Position numbers and translations under genes: made by a program
Virus record (IMG/VR): IMGVR_UViG_3300031949_000016
Coordinates: 1 to 64,000 of that record
DNA from: a virus
Lineage: Duplodnaviria > Caudoviricetes
DNA length: 64,000 bases
Direction: 5' to 3' (one strand)
The notes under the pieces: model-generated
What the model was told of the DNA's origin: nothing
What the model saw: only the letters and a program-made list of their open reading frames with translations
The model's database searches: none
Shown: positions 1 to 9,572 of the stretch, one piece after another
Position numbering within the stretch: position 1 is the stretch's first letter
Layout of the letters: every line of letters begins with the position of its first letter

Positions 1-579
1 GCAGCCTGCCCGAACGGGCCGGCGTCCACCTTCGCGGTGATTCGGAAGACGACGAGGATGACGACGACAATCGTCAACAGGGCATCCCATTCTAGCGACG
101 ATTGGACTCTAACTCTAAACTCTAACTGAAAGGACTCCCATGTCAGACCCAGAACAACTATACGCAGTGATCCACCTGATGGGCCGCTCCAAGATCGCCG
201 GACGCATCACCAAAGACGCCCTCTTCGGCCTCGTGCGCGTCGACGTGCCCGCGACCGGCAAATACCCGGCCTTCACCCGCGAATACGGCAAAGACGCCAT
301 CTTCGAGATCGATTACGTCAGCGAAGAAATCGTCCAGCGCACCGCCGAAGCCATGAGCCTCAACCCCATCCAGGCTTACGCCCCCGACCTGATCACCAAG
401 GAACAGTTCGAGGAAGCCAAAGCCAACTACGAAAAGCGCCTATCCGACCTGCGCAGCCTGCCCGAACGGGCCGGCGTCCACCTTCGCGGTGATTCGGAAG
501 ACGACGAGGATGACGACGACAATCGTCAACAGGGCATCCCATTCTAGCGACGATTGGACTCTAACTCTAAACTCTAACT
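1..579. repeat. 127-bp exact direct repeat (1-127 = 453-579)
   Basis: gcagcctgcccgaac...ctctaaactctaact is identical at both positions (offset 452). It covers the 3' end of the 140..547 gene. Confidence 0.9.
140..547 (+). CDS. conserved phage hypothetical protein, acidic C-terminus
   Basis: 135-aa ORF with AAGGA upstream. The pattern AVIHLMG..RIAG....RVDVP...FTR.YG..AIF is familiar from phage hypotheticals. Confidence 0.7.
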   Translation: MSDPEQLYAVIHLMGRSKIAGRITKDALFGLVRVDVPATGKYPAFTREYGKDAIFEIDYVSEEIVQRTAEAMSLNPIQAYAPDLITKEQFEEAKANYEKRLSDLRSLPERAGVHLRGDSEDDEDDDDNRQQGIPF

Positions 580-975
580 CTAACTCTTTCCCACTCCCCG
601 TGCCGGGAGACGACCGCCCATCCAGTCGCCCGGCCAACGGTGTTTGACACAAAGGAGATGCGTGGCAGAAGGAAAACACAGCGTATATCTTGGGGTAGAA
701 AGCACGCGCGGCGCGCGACGGAGGCGGCCCGACCGCGCCGCGCCATCAACCTTGTCGAATCGTCAAAGCGGGGATCATGCTCCATCCCCGCCGAGGATTG
801 ATCAGTGATCGTCCCGAGTCGGGCTGCATGGACCTTCCTAGACCAGCGAAGCCGGGGAGCAGCGACCGTCGCGGGCGCGGCGCAGCGACCAGGATGAGGA
901 TGCAACGGAATGACAGTCATCGGCGATTGGAACCGCCGCGCCCGCCTGACCCATGTTCAATTCAAGGGAGACACT

Positions 976-1200
976 ATGCCAACGTCCGCAGACATCATCG
1001 CATCAACCAACAATCAGGATTATGACCAATGCCGGGAGCGCAACGACGATCTGACCGTGCTGGCCAAAGGAGTCGCAACCGTGTTTGCGGACATGGGACT
1101 TACACCCAGCTCTGCCACAGTTCTCAAAGAAGCCATCGTCAGCGCCTATTTGCTGGGCCGCCGCGATGCCGTGTCGGTACCCAGCGTTTTTGAGTCATAG
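976..1200 (+). CDS. hypothetical protein (start moved to MPTSAD)
   Basis: AAGGGAG RBS 5 nt before the ATG at 976; host-like codon usage. Confidence 0.6.
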   Translation: MPTSADIIASTNNQDYDQCRERNDDLTVLAKGVATVFADMGLTPSSATVLKEAIVSAYLLGRRDAVSVPSVFES

Positions 1201-1245
1201 CCGCCGCATCATGATCACCACCGCCCACTATCAAAGGAGAATACG

Positions 1246-2034
1246 ATGAATTACCTATGCCTATACCACGCCGACTGCGCCGACGGCTTCGGCGCCGCTC
1301 TCGCCGTCCACCTCTACTGCACTGAGCATGGCTACACCTGCGACTTCATCCCCGTCCAATACGGCCAGGACCCGCCTGACGTGACTGGCCAGTACGTCTT
1401 CGTCGTGGACTTCTCGTACCCGCGCGCCGTTCTATTGGAGATGCACCAGCGTGCCGCCGATCTCGTCGTCGTAGACCACCACAAAACCGCCCAGGCCGAC
1501 CTTGCCGATCTTGACTTCTGCCTGTTCGACATGGACATCTCAGGCGCCGTCCTGACCTGGAAGTACCTGCTCCCAACCGACCTCCCGCTGCTCTTCCGAT
1601 ACCTTCAAGACCGCGACTTGTGGCAATGGAAACTAACCGAATCCCGCGAAGTATCGGCTGCCCTACGATCCTATCCGATGGACTTTCAGGTATGGACGAA
1701 CTTCCTGTCACAAGACGCCATCAATACCTTGCGCGAAGAAGGCCGCGCTATCCTCCGCTACCAGCAGCGCGCAATCGAAACCGCCGTCAAGAAAGCCCAC
1801 GAGATGGAGTTTGACGGCTTCCACGTCCTGTGCCTCAACGCCACCAACTACATCAGCGAGATCGGTAATGCCCTCTGTCAAGGCCGGCCCTTCAGCATCA
1901 CCTACTTCGACACCGCCGATAAGCGCGTATACTCCCTGCGTTCCGACGAGCAGGGCGTCGACGTCTCAACCATCGCCAAACAACACGGCGGAGGCGGGCA
2001 CCCCCACGCCGCTGGCTTCACAACAAAACTCTGA
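1246..2034 (+). CDS. DHH/DHHA1-family phosphoesterase
   Basis: YHADCADG, VDFS, VVDHHKT, QDRDLW, YSLRS and GGGGHPHAAGF motifs; AAGGAG RBS. Confidence 0.9.
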   Translation: MNYLCLYHADCADGFGAALAVHLYCTEHGYTCDFIPVQYGQDPPDVTGQYVFVVDFSYPRAVLLEMHQRAADLVVVDHHKTAQADLADLDFCLFDMDISGAVLTWKYLLPTDLPLLFRYLQDRDLWQWKLTESREVSAALRSYPMDFQVWTNFLSQDAINTLREEGRAILRYQQRAIETAVKKAHEMEFDGFHVLCLNATNYISEIGNALCQGRPFSITYFDTADKRVYSLRSDEQGVDVSTIAKQHGGGGHPHAAGFTTKL

Positions 2035-2186
2035 CGACGATCGTCCCGCGCTGATAGTATATGACTTAAAAAATGTTAAGTTCAATACTTCGAGCACGAA
2101 GATCATGTAGGGGCAAACCTGTGTGTTTGCCATTCTGGTCCCCCTGCCCGCATCCCGCCATCGTAGAAAAACAAAATGACCACCAT

Positions 2187-2219
2187 AAATAAAAAGGACG
2201 CGGCCCACTCGCCGCGTCC
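2187..2219 (-). terminator. rho-independent terminator ending the late/lysis operon
   Basis: Minus strand reads GGACGCGG-CGAGTGGG-CCGCGTCC followed by TTTTTATTT, just downstream of the 2242 stop. Confidence 0.75.
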
Positions 2220-2241
2220 CCCCAAACTCTAACTCTCAACT

Positions 2242-2874
2242 CTAACTCCTCACCCGATCGTAGATCACATACCTCAAAATAGACTGCGCCGCGCTAACCC
2301 CACGATACCGCGGCACGATCGGTGACACATCCGCATAGTACGGATCCATCACCTGCCCCGCGCCCAAGTACCTCAGATAGTGCGTCGGCACCGTATTGGA
2401 GACCTTCAGCATCACGACCACGAAATGCCCCTGCGTCACCGTCGCATCCAGCATCAGCATCGGCGCAGGCGTCTCCGCGCAATCCCCCAGCGTCCGATAC
2501 TTGATCACCCCCAATTGGTCCGTCGACGCGAACACAAACCGATTCGCGCCCGCAAAGCCCCCGTTCTCCTTCAACCAAACATTCAACTCGCCCGGCGTTA
2601 TCCGGCGACCTGCGTCCGTCAACACCGACGCCATCGCCGTAACTAAACACCCATCCTGCGCCATCGTCCGCAGCCCGCGCCCCAGCGCGTCATCCCCCCA
2701 CGGCGGTTCCCGCTGACCGTAGACCGTCACCGCCTTCGATCCGTCGCCGCCCATCATCAGCAGCGTGATCGCCTTGCGTGTCTCCTCCTCCGCCATCGTG
2801 ATCGCCGCAATCGCCACCTCGTAACTCTGATGCGCCTTCGTCAACCACTCCCGCGCCTCTTCCTCGTTCTGCAT
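2242..2874 (-). CDS. peptidase C39-like protein (possible lysis/cell-wall peptidase) with N-terminal coiled coil
   Basis: QDGCLVTAMASVL catalytic-Cys context, THY His and VMDP Asp; last gene of the late operon. Confidence 0.65.
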   Translation of the reverse strand: MQNEEEAREWLTKAHQSYEVAIAAITMAEEETRKAITLLMMGGDGSKAVTVYGQREPPWGDDALGRGLRTMAQDGCLVTAMASVLTDAGRRITPGELNVWLKENGGFAGANRFVFASTDQLGVIKYRTLGDCAETPAPMLMLDATVTQGHFVVVMLKVSNTVPTHYLRYLGAGQVMDPYYADVSPIVPRYRGVSAAQSILRYVIYDRVRS

Positions 2875-2939
2875 CTCCCACCTCCCACTTGCCCATACCC
2901 GCCGCTATACGGCGGTGGGCCGCATGGCGTAGTCACTTC

Positions 2940-4052
2940 TCACTTCCTAACCACCGGCAGCCACACCCGTTGCGTCGTCCAATCCACCCGCGCGCACTCC
3001 TCGATATAATGCTCCAGCGCGTCCGGGTCGATATTGCTCTCCGCCCCGTTGTCCAACTGGAACGCACACGCCCCCAGCAGATACGGATCATTCCTCAACT
3101 CCAACCCGTAGTCAATCGCGTCCATCACCCACGCCAGGTCGCGCAAGCCCGTGCCGTACCCATTCCCCGCGCTGAACTCACTGATCACGATCGGAACCGA
3201 TAACCCCGTCGCGTCCTGAAGGACATCGTGGAACCGCCGATAGCGTAGCGCCCCGCTCTCCCCGCCGTCCATCATCCCCCCGTCGATCCCGTACTCGTGC
3301 AAATGCCAGATCCCGCCGTACTCGTGGTTGATACGCGCCGCCCCCGCCAGGTATGGAATCGTCTCAAACGCCGGCGTGCCGGTAGCGAACGACCCGATGC
3401 AGCCCTTTATCCCGTAACCATGCACGAGCGTCAGCCACTCCTCAAACCACGCATTCAACCACATCGCCTTCTGCAAATAGTCGCCCGAATCACCCATCAC
3501 CGGCTCGTTCATCGGATCGATAAAATCCTGATGGGTCAGGTTGGCGTAATCCACAAAATTCAGACGACCGTGGTCCGGCACGAAGATCGTTTTCTCGACC
3601 GCCTCGTAACGCGCCGAATCACGCGCGCCGTCCTCCCAGCGCGGCGTGCCTAAATCCAGCCACATCTGATCCGGCAACCGGCCCCACACCGCGTTCTGCA
3701 CGCGCCGGATCAACTTCGTTCCCGTGCTGTGCTCGATGATCTCCGCATACGGGCTATTGTTCAGCGAGTACAGCACCGCCGGCTGCGTCCGCATCAGAAA
3801 AGCATCCAACCCCTGCGGCCGATTCCCCACATGCAGGCTCAACTTGCTATGTCCCCGTACTAGCTGCTGGACCTCATCCATCGTCTGAGTAGCCAGCGGG
3901 CTGGGCGGCCGAGTCGGCGTCGGCAATATCGACGTATGGCGAGTCGGAGTCACCGTGGGTGCAGGTGTGATCGTCGGTGGCAGACACGCTTCGATCGCCG
4001 CCCCTGCCCCCACCGCCCCAGCCACCCTAAAAAACTCCCGTCTGCTTATCAT
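2940..4052 (-). CDS. Tat-signal (possibly lipoprotein) TIM-barrel glycoside hydrolase-like protein, candidate endolysin
   Basis: MISRREFF twin-Arg motif, Cys after the hydrophobic stretch and a P/T linker. MNEP (acid/base), HEYG and ISEF (nucleophile) motifs are typical of clan GH-A. Confidence 0.6.
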   Translation of the reverse strand: MISRREFFRVAGAVGAGAAIEACLPPTITPAPTVTPTRHTSILPTPTRPPSPLATQTMDEVQQLVRGHSKLSLHVGNRPQGLDAFLMRTQPAVLYSLNNSPYAEIIEHSTGTKLIRRVQNAVWGRLPDQMWLDLGTPRWEDGARDSARYEAVEKTIFVPDHGRLNFVDYANLTHQDFIDPMNEPVMGDSGDYLQKAMWLNAWFEEWLTLVHGYGIKGCIGSFATGTPAFETIPYLAGAARINHEYGGIWHLHEYGIDGGMMDGGESGALRYRRFHDVLQDATGLSVPIVISEFSAGNGYGTGLRDLAWVMDAIDYGLELRNDPYLLGACAFQLDNGAESNIDPDALEHYIEECARVDWTTQRVWLPVVRK

Positions 4053-4124
4053 TCTCTTACCCCATGTTCCACTTCTTTGTGTTCTTTGTGTTCTTTTGTG
4101 GCTTAATCCGTGTCTAACTCTAAC

Positions 4125-4153
4125 TTGACACTTTACACGACCCCGTGTATACT
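4125..4153 (+). promoter_or_regulatory. sigma70-type promoter antisense to the late operon
   Basis: TTGACA (4125-4130), 17-bp spacer, TATACT (4148-4153). The TACACG/CGTGTA inverted repeat overlaps the spacer. Confidence 0.7.
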
Positions 4154-4273
4154 ATCAGCGGCTAAGCCCGATCGTGTACACGCCCTATAACCGACTGGAG
4201 GATCATCGATGCAATCCCCCCAGGACGCGCACGGAGAGTGTCCCCTCCGTGCGCGATCCATGAAATCTGAAGT

Positions 4274-4750
4274 CTACTCCTCTGGAAACTCCACCAGCCA
4301 CTCCAGCGCCACCATGTCCGCCGCGCTCAACAATAACTTCCCCTCGTCCGTCTTCGCGTCCTTGTTATTGTCCGAAATCATCTGATACGGTAGCCGACCC
4401 GTCACGTGCGGCAGCACCGCCACCTCCGCGTGCAGCGCCTTCACCTTCGCCTCGTACTCCGACCGAGACCGCAGCGACTTGAAATTCTCTCCGAGGTCAT
4501 CCAGGTACTCGATCATCAACGGCTTAAGAGCCTCATTGTACGACTCCATCTGCGCCGTCACGTCGCGCCAGACCTTCACCAGCCGAAACAGCAGCACCGT
4601 GCTCAGCTTCGCGTTGCTCGCCGCCCGCTGTAGCCAGCCAGACGATTTCACAAGATCGCCGACCGTCGCCTCAAGACCGTGTCCGTTTGGTGAGGTCACA
4701 ACGCCGATCGCCGGCTCGATGAAAGGTAGATTCACTTCACGCTTGCTCAT
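4274..4750 (-). CDS. hypothetical protein (possible tail-fibre chaperone by position)
   Basis: 158-aa helical ORF directly after the tail fibre; AAGGA RBS. Confidence 0.6.
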   Translation of the reverse strand: MSKREVNLPFIEPAIGVVTSPNGHGLEATVGDLVKSSGWLQRAASNAKLSTVLLFRLVKVWRDVTAQMESYNEALKPLMIEYLDDLGENFKSLRSRSEYEAKVKALHAEVAVLPHVTGRLPYQMISDNNKDAKTDEGKLLLSAADMVALEWLVEFPEE

Positions 4751-4776
4751 GATATTGTCCTTAGCACCCTCAGTAA

Positions 4777-7700
4777 TTATGCAAATAGATTGACGCCGGA
4801 TGCACTGCCGAGCCGCGCTTCGAGTTCCGCCACGCGCGTCTGCAGATTAAGAACCACAGCCAAAAGACTATTGCCCTCATCTTTTGTCGCAAAACCAAAG
4901 CCGGTATTTTGCACCAAATCCTGCAGAGCATAATTCGGCGTGCCGGGCGCGGTATGCGTGATCGTCGTCAGCTGCGTTGTCAGCGCCGCGCCACGCACGA
5001 CCGCCGCGCCACCGTAGAATCCGAGCATCGGTAGCGTGCCCGATGCTTCGCCGCGCATGATCTCACGCGCCGCTGTATCGTAGACGGACAATACAGCGCG
5101 CGCCGTGCGTGAAGCGTGGGTAGCCACCACCCACGACACAGATAAATCGGCGGCGCTTTGATCGGCAGTCGTTGACGTTTCCAATGTGAATAACTGTTTC
5201 ATACCGAAACCCGCGGCCGGTGTGCCAGTCGAATTATGCCCGACGACTGCCACCGTGTCGATCGCCGCCGTGGTCACATTATTAAGCGTGGCGTCAAACA
5301 GATACGTCGATCGCGCCGCGCCGCCAATCGCCACATTACCCGCGTGCCAGGAATGCGCGCCAGTTGCTTCGTTGTAAATCGCCCAGGCGGTGGTCGCCGT
5401 GAACGTCGTTTGGATGTGGAGCGCCCGTGCCGTCGTGAGTGTGCCAGCGCCTCCCCGTGCGATGTAAATACCATCAAAATCGACGATCTGTCCGCCCGCC
5501 GCAACGCTGACACTGACATCAACTGCGCGTGTATAGATAATATAGCCGGTTGATGAATTTAGAATTTGTGCATTGAGACCGATTGCGAAATATAAACCGC
5601 CCGTTCCGGAATTGCTTACCCTCCCCTGGAAGCCATACAATAAATCATTAGCGGTGTACGAATTTCCATATTGCACGAGTGCTCCAAACCCTAGCACGGA
5701 TGTCGCGTAAGTTCCGCCGTTAGCAGTCCTGGCGAGTGTGGCCTGAAACAATGCCCCATATTTTCCGGCGGTGGTAATGTCTGTGTAGATGGCGCTGGTC
5801 AACACGGGGTACTGTGTCGCATCATAGGCTGCACCCACCCCCAGATATTTGAGTTGCAGTCCCCCGCTCGCATCACTGGCTAGGATCGATGCAACCGTGG
5901 CATTGGATGCCGACGTGATTGCGTGCGTATGCGTCGCGCTGGTGACATCGTTAGTCGTAGTGGCTGTGAGCGTGCCCGCGCCGAGTGCCGCCGTTCCGCT
6001 GACGTTCGGTATCGTTAATATTGTTGCGCCGCTCCAGGCCAGCACACCCGCCGCTCCCTGATTGGTCAATGAGGTCGTGAGCGTCAGTGTCGCGTTGTCC
6101 GTACCCGCCAGTATCAGCGAGTTAGAGATCGTCAATGTCTTCGTCGCAGTAATCGCTAAAAATCCGGTACTCCACGCAATGTCAGTTCCATCTGTGCGTA
6201 GAAACGCATTGGCCGATCCAACACCGAGCCGCGTCCATTTCGGCGTGCTGTTACCGACGATCATATCTCCGCGCACGACGGCGCCGGACGCGGTATCGCT
6301 ATGATAGGTTGAGTTCAAAAATCCATGAGCAGTCGGGAGCGCGGTCGATGAATAGCCAAAACCGATCTCGTTATCAAAATAGAGATATCCATTTGTTGAG
6401 ATGATGCCTGATAGCGTATTTGTGCCTGTCCAGTAACTGAGCCGATTGGATGCGCCCGTACCTAATGGAACTGTGCCAGTCGCGGGAATCGTTAGATTAA
6501 AATTATCCGTCGCCGTCAGCGTCAGCGTCTTGCCACTTGTCACCGCCAGTGACGTTGTACCCCCCGCCGTGCCGCTCAGGTAATATCCGCTCCAGGCGAC
6601 ATCCGTCCCATCCCCAGTCAACACCGCCCCGCTCGTCCCCTTGGCCAGCCGACTCCACGTCGGCGTCACCCCCTGCCCGGTGACGAGATCCCCGCGCACC
6701 ACACTGGCCGCCGTCGCGTCACCGTGGATCGCGCTTAACAGATTGTGCGCCGTCGCCGTCCAGGTCGCGGGCGAGCCGTGCGTGTGGTCACGGTGCGCAA
6801 ACACCAGCGCCGTCCCCGCCGCCGCCACGTCCCCGATCCCGATCGTCGTCGGTGCCGTCGCATCCAGCACCGTCTTCCAGGCCGGCTCCGTGTCGCCGTT
6901 CGCCACCCCCAGCACGTTCAGCACATTCGCCGCTGGCACGGAGATCGCCAGCCGACTCCACGTCGGAGTCGCCCCCTGGCCCGTCACCACGTCCCCCCGC
7001 ACCACCGCCGCCGCCGTCGTGTCCAAATGCGTCGTGCTCAACAGCGCGTGCGTCACCGGCGCGTAACTCAACGCCGGAATGTCCGCCGCGACGAGTGAAC
7101 GGAACGTCGGCTTAGCATCCACCCCCGTCGCCGGCCCCGCCCACACCAGATTCGCCGCCTGCGTATCGAGCGTAAACTGCTGCGTGCTCAAACTGAATAC
7201 CGCGTCGACGTCGACGTCCAGCGTCACCGCCGCATGGTGCGGACTGCTGTCCCCGATCGCCGTGTGCTCGTCCGGCGTCAACACATCCGCTAAGGTCAAC
7301 TCCTGACCGCTCAATGCCAGTGCCGCGTCACTCCCAACCCCCAGCGTCACCGCCGCGTGATGCACATCCGGCAACCCCTCGTGCGTGTCCAACTCCCCCT
7401 GCGTGGCGATGTCCGTCGCCACGTACACACCCCCGCTCGACACCGGCGCCTCGCCATCACCGGCCGGCGTCGGTAAATGATACAACCCCACCCCGTTGTC
7501 AATATCCCGCGCGTGCCGTGCGCCGTAGTCCGTCGTATCCCACGCCCCCCGATCGCCCAGCAGTGGATTTATAATCCCGCTGCCCTCCAGCGTCTGCGTG
7601 ACGTAAGACACCCCACTGACGATCGCCTCCCCGCTGTCCAACACTTTAATGGCAGATGCCTGCGTATTCTCAATCTGCGCCGTGCCCGCCGCCACCTCGA

Positions 7701-8910
7701 TCCCAATCGCGTCCGCGTCACCCCCCCACGTCAGATCGCAATTCAGCACGGCCGGCGTAACCAACTCATCCGTCGTCGCACTGTCGATGTTGGAATACGT
7801 CGACTCGTTACATGAATTGACCGCCTTAACCCGGTAATACCACGTCGCCTCCGCCGCCAGCCCGCTGTCCACGTAAGCATTGCTGTTCGCCGCCACCTGC
7901 GCGATCTCCGTCCAGCCCGTCGTCCCGTTCGCGCTCCGCTCCAGAGAAAAGTGATCCTCGTTATTCGAGTTATCCGCCCACAACACCGCGATACTCTGGT
8001 GGTCCACCGCCGTCGCCGTCAAATCGCTCGGTGCCTCCGGCTCTACTGCCGTATCGCCGCCACCCCCAAAATTATCCCAGCCGACCTCACCCCCGACCGG
8101 ACCGGAAATGTCGATACTCGCCCCCAGGTATCCCGTCCCCTGATAAGTGCTGTTCACCACCGACAACATCAGTTCAAAAGCCGTCTCCCCGTCCAGCCGG
8201 CGGTACACGTTGACCTTGTTTCCGGTGGCCACCCGCTTGATCTTCCAGCGGTCGCCCACCGCCGGCGTCGTGATCTCAAGACTTGCGAGCAGGTTTTCAG
8301 GTTCGGACGTTCCGGCGTAGAGATATATAGTAGACGGGGTGATTGGCTCATAGTCAATCACCAGGATGTATCCATCATAACTATCGGGGTCTTGAATCAG
8401 CACGGCGAGACCGATTGCGGCATTATTCTCTGGTAGCCGCGCAATGTCGGCCGATACATGGCAGTTCGGACCCTTGCACTCATTCCAGACTGCGAAGTAC
8501 CCGCTGGAACCGGGCGTCACCATCATGTTATCGGCCAGGATCATTCCATCGACGTCCAACCACCCCGGCCCCGGCGGTGGCCCCTCGTTCGCCCTATTGA
8601 AATCGTCAAGTACAGTGTTTTCCGACCCAGCCGCCAACGTCGTCGCCGTCGCCTCATTCGAATAGGCCGAGCAGTCCGTTCCGTTGCACGAACGCACCCG
8701 GTAGCGATACAGCGTCTCCGCCGTCAAGCCCGTATCGCTGTACGACGTAATCCCCTCGCCAGCCACGTCCGCAATCTGCGCCCAGACGCCCGCGACCAAC
8801 CGCTCGACCTTCCGGTCCGTCGGGTTATCGCTCACACTCCACGTCAGATAAATCTGCGTGTCCGTGATCGGCTCAGCCACTAAATCAAAGGGCGCATCCG
8901 GTACCGTCAC
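4777..8910 (-). CDS. tail fibre / receptor-binding protein with two FN3 domains
   Basis: FN3 motifs (PDAPFDLVAE..IYLTW..YSDTGLTAETLYRYRVR; PEAPSDLTAT..VLW..YVDSGLAAEATWYYRVKA). Three VVRGD..G..TP.W.RL repeats, a T/A/G-rich body, and position at the end of the tail module. Confidence 0.8.
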   Translation of the reverse strand: MTVPDAPFDLVAEPITDTQIYLTWSVSDNPTDRKVERLVAGVWAQIADVAGEGITSYSDTGLTAETLYRYRVRSCNGTDCSAYSNEATATTLAAGSENTVLDDFNRANEGPPPGPGWLDVDGMILADNMMVTPGSSGYFAVWNECKGPNCHVSADIARLPENNAAIGLAVLIQDPDSYDGYILVIDYEPITPSTIYLYAGTSEPENLLASLEITTPAVGDRWKIKRVATGNKVNVYRRLDGETAFELMLSVVNSTYQGTGYLGASIDISGPVGGEVGWDNFGGGGDTAVEPEAPSDLTATAVDHQSIAVLWADNSNNEDHFSLERSANGTTGWTEIAQVAANSNAYVDSGLAAEATWYYRVKAVNSCNESTYSNIDSATTDELVTPAVLNCDLTWGGDADAIGIEVAAGTAQIENTQASAIKVLDSGEAIVSGVSYVTQTLEGSGIINPLLGDRGAWDTTDYGARHARDIDNGVGLYHLPTPAGDGEAPVSSGGVYVATDIATQGELDTHEGLPDVHHAAVTLGVGSDAALALSGQELTLADVLTPDEHTAIGDSSPHHAAVTLDVDVDAVFSLSTQQFTLDTQAANLVWAGPATGVDAKPTFRSLVAADIPALSYAPVTHALLSTTHLDTTAAAVVRGDVVTGQGATPTWSRLAISVPAANVLNVLGVANGDTEPAWKTVLDATAPTTIGIGDVAAAGTALVFAHRDHTHGSPATWTATAHNLLSAIHGDATAASVVRGDLVTGQGVTPTWSRLAKGTSGAVLTGDGTDVAWSGYYLSGTAGGTTSLAVTSGKTLTLTATDNFNLTIPATGTVPLGTGASNRLSYWTGTNTLSGIISTNGYLYFDNEIGFGYSSTALPTAHGFLNSTYHSDTASGAVVRGDMIVGNSTPKWTRLGVGSANAFLRTDGTDIAWSTGFLAITATKTLTISNSLILAGTDNATLTLTTSLTNQGAAGVLAWSGATILTIPNVSGTAALGAGTLTATTTNDVTSATHTHAITSASNATVASILASDASGGLQLKYLGVGAAYDATQYPVLTSAIYTDITTAGKYGALFQATLARTANGGTYATSVLGFGALVQYGNSYTANDLLYGFQGRVSNSGTGGLYFAIGLNAQILNSSTGYIIYTRAVDVSVSVAAGGQIVDFDGIYIARGGAGTLTTARALHIQTTFTATTAWAIYNEATGAHSWHAGNVAIGGAARSTYLFDATLNNVTTAAIDTVAVVGHNSTGTPAAGFGMKQLFTLETSTTADQSAADLSVSWVVATHASRTARAVLSVYDTAAREIMRGEASGTLPMLGFYGGAAVVRGAALTTQLTTITHTAPGTPNYALQDLVQNTGFGFATKDEGNSLLAVVLNLQTRVAELEARLGSASGVNLFA

Positions 8911-8967
8911 CCCATCACTCCGTACCCAAATTACGAATTACCAATGACTAATTACCAACGAAGTCCC

Positions 8968-9528
8968 CTATACCCCAACCACGATCTTCTTATTCTGCGC
9001 CAGATTCGGCACCCGCACTCTCACCCCATCCACCACCGCCCCGCTCGCGCACGCATTCACCCCCACAATCGGGTCAGCCGTATCCTCCACATACACCGTG
9101 CAATGCGCCAGCGTTGCGTTGGTCCCCAGCGTCACCATCGTCCCCGCCACCCCCGCAAAGTCGATGATACTGTTCTCAGCCGACAACCCCGTCAGCACAA
9201 CCCCTTTACCGACACTGATCACCTGCGACAACCCGATCGACGCCGACGGCATCAAAATCGTATCCCCATCGTCCGCCGACACCAGCGCCCCCAACAACCC
9301 ATTGTCCGATAAACTGTACTGCTCCAACTTACTCCCGTCCGACCGGAACAGCGTAATCTTATTCTCGAACGCCCCGGCCGGCGGAGGATTGATATTCGTG
9401 ACATTGACCGTCCGATCCCCAACCTGCATCCGCAGCGAATCCAGCCAGCGCCCCAGCTCCACGCGCGCCAGCTCGTCGATCTCCAACCCCTTCAAGGTCG
9501 CCTCTAAATTCTCACTCGGCCTCTTCAC
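8968..9528 (-). CDS. tail-associated protein with the start of a pectin-lyase-like beta-helix, apparently short/truncated
   Basis: L.GALVSADDGDTILMP...GKGVVLTG..AENSIID is typical of beta-helix N-termini, but the ORF ends about 70 aa later. Confidence 0.45.
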   Translation of the reverse strand: MKRPSENLEATLKGLEIDELARVELGRWLDSLRMQVGDRTVNVTNINPPPAGAFENKITLFRSDGSKLEQYSLSDNGLLGALVSADDGDTILMPSASIGLSQVISVGKGVVLTGLSAENSIIDFAGVAGTMVTLGTNATLAHCTVYVEDTADPIVGVNACASGAVVDGVRVRVPNLAQNKKIVVGV

Positions 9529-9572
9529 GAATCATCCCCCAAATTACTACTTACTAATAACTGCTATTGACC

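Noticed and set aside
1-579. 127-bp duplication as a biological tandem gene repeat or terminal repeat
   Set aside because: It is exactly 127 bp and flush with the window start, which is what a k=127 assembly-graph overlap would give. I treat it as a likely artefact unless spanning reads show a 452-bp tandem.
4777-6500. Diversity-generating retroelement acting on the tail fibre
   Set aside because: The capsid genes are BPP-1-like, but no reverse transcriptase or TR/VR adenine-mismatch repeat pair is seen in this window.
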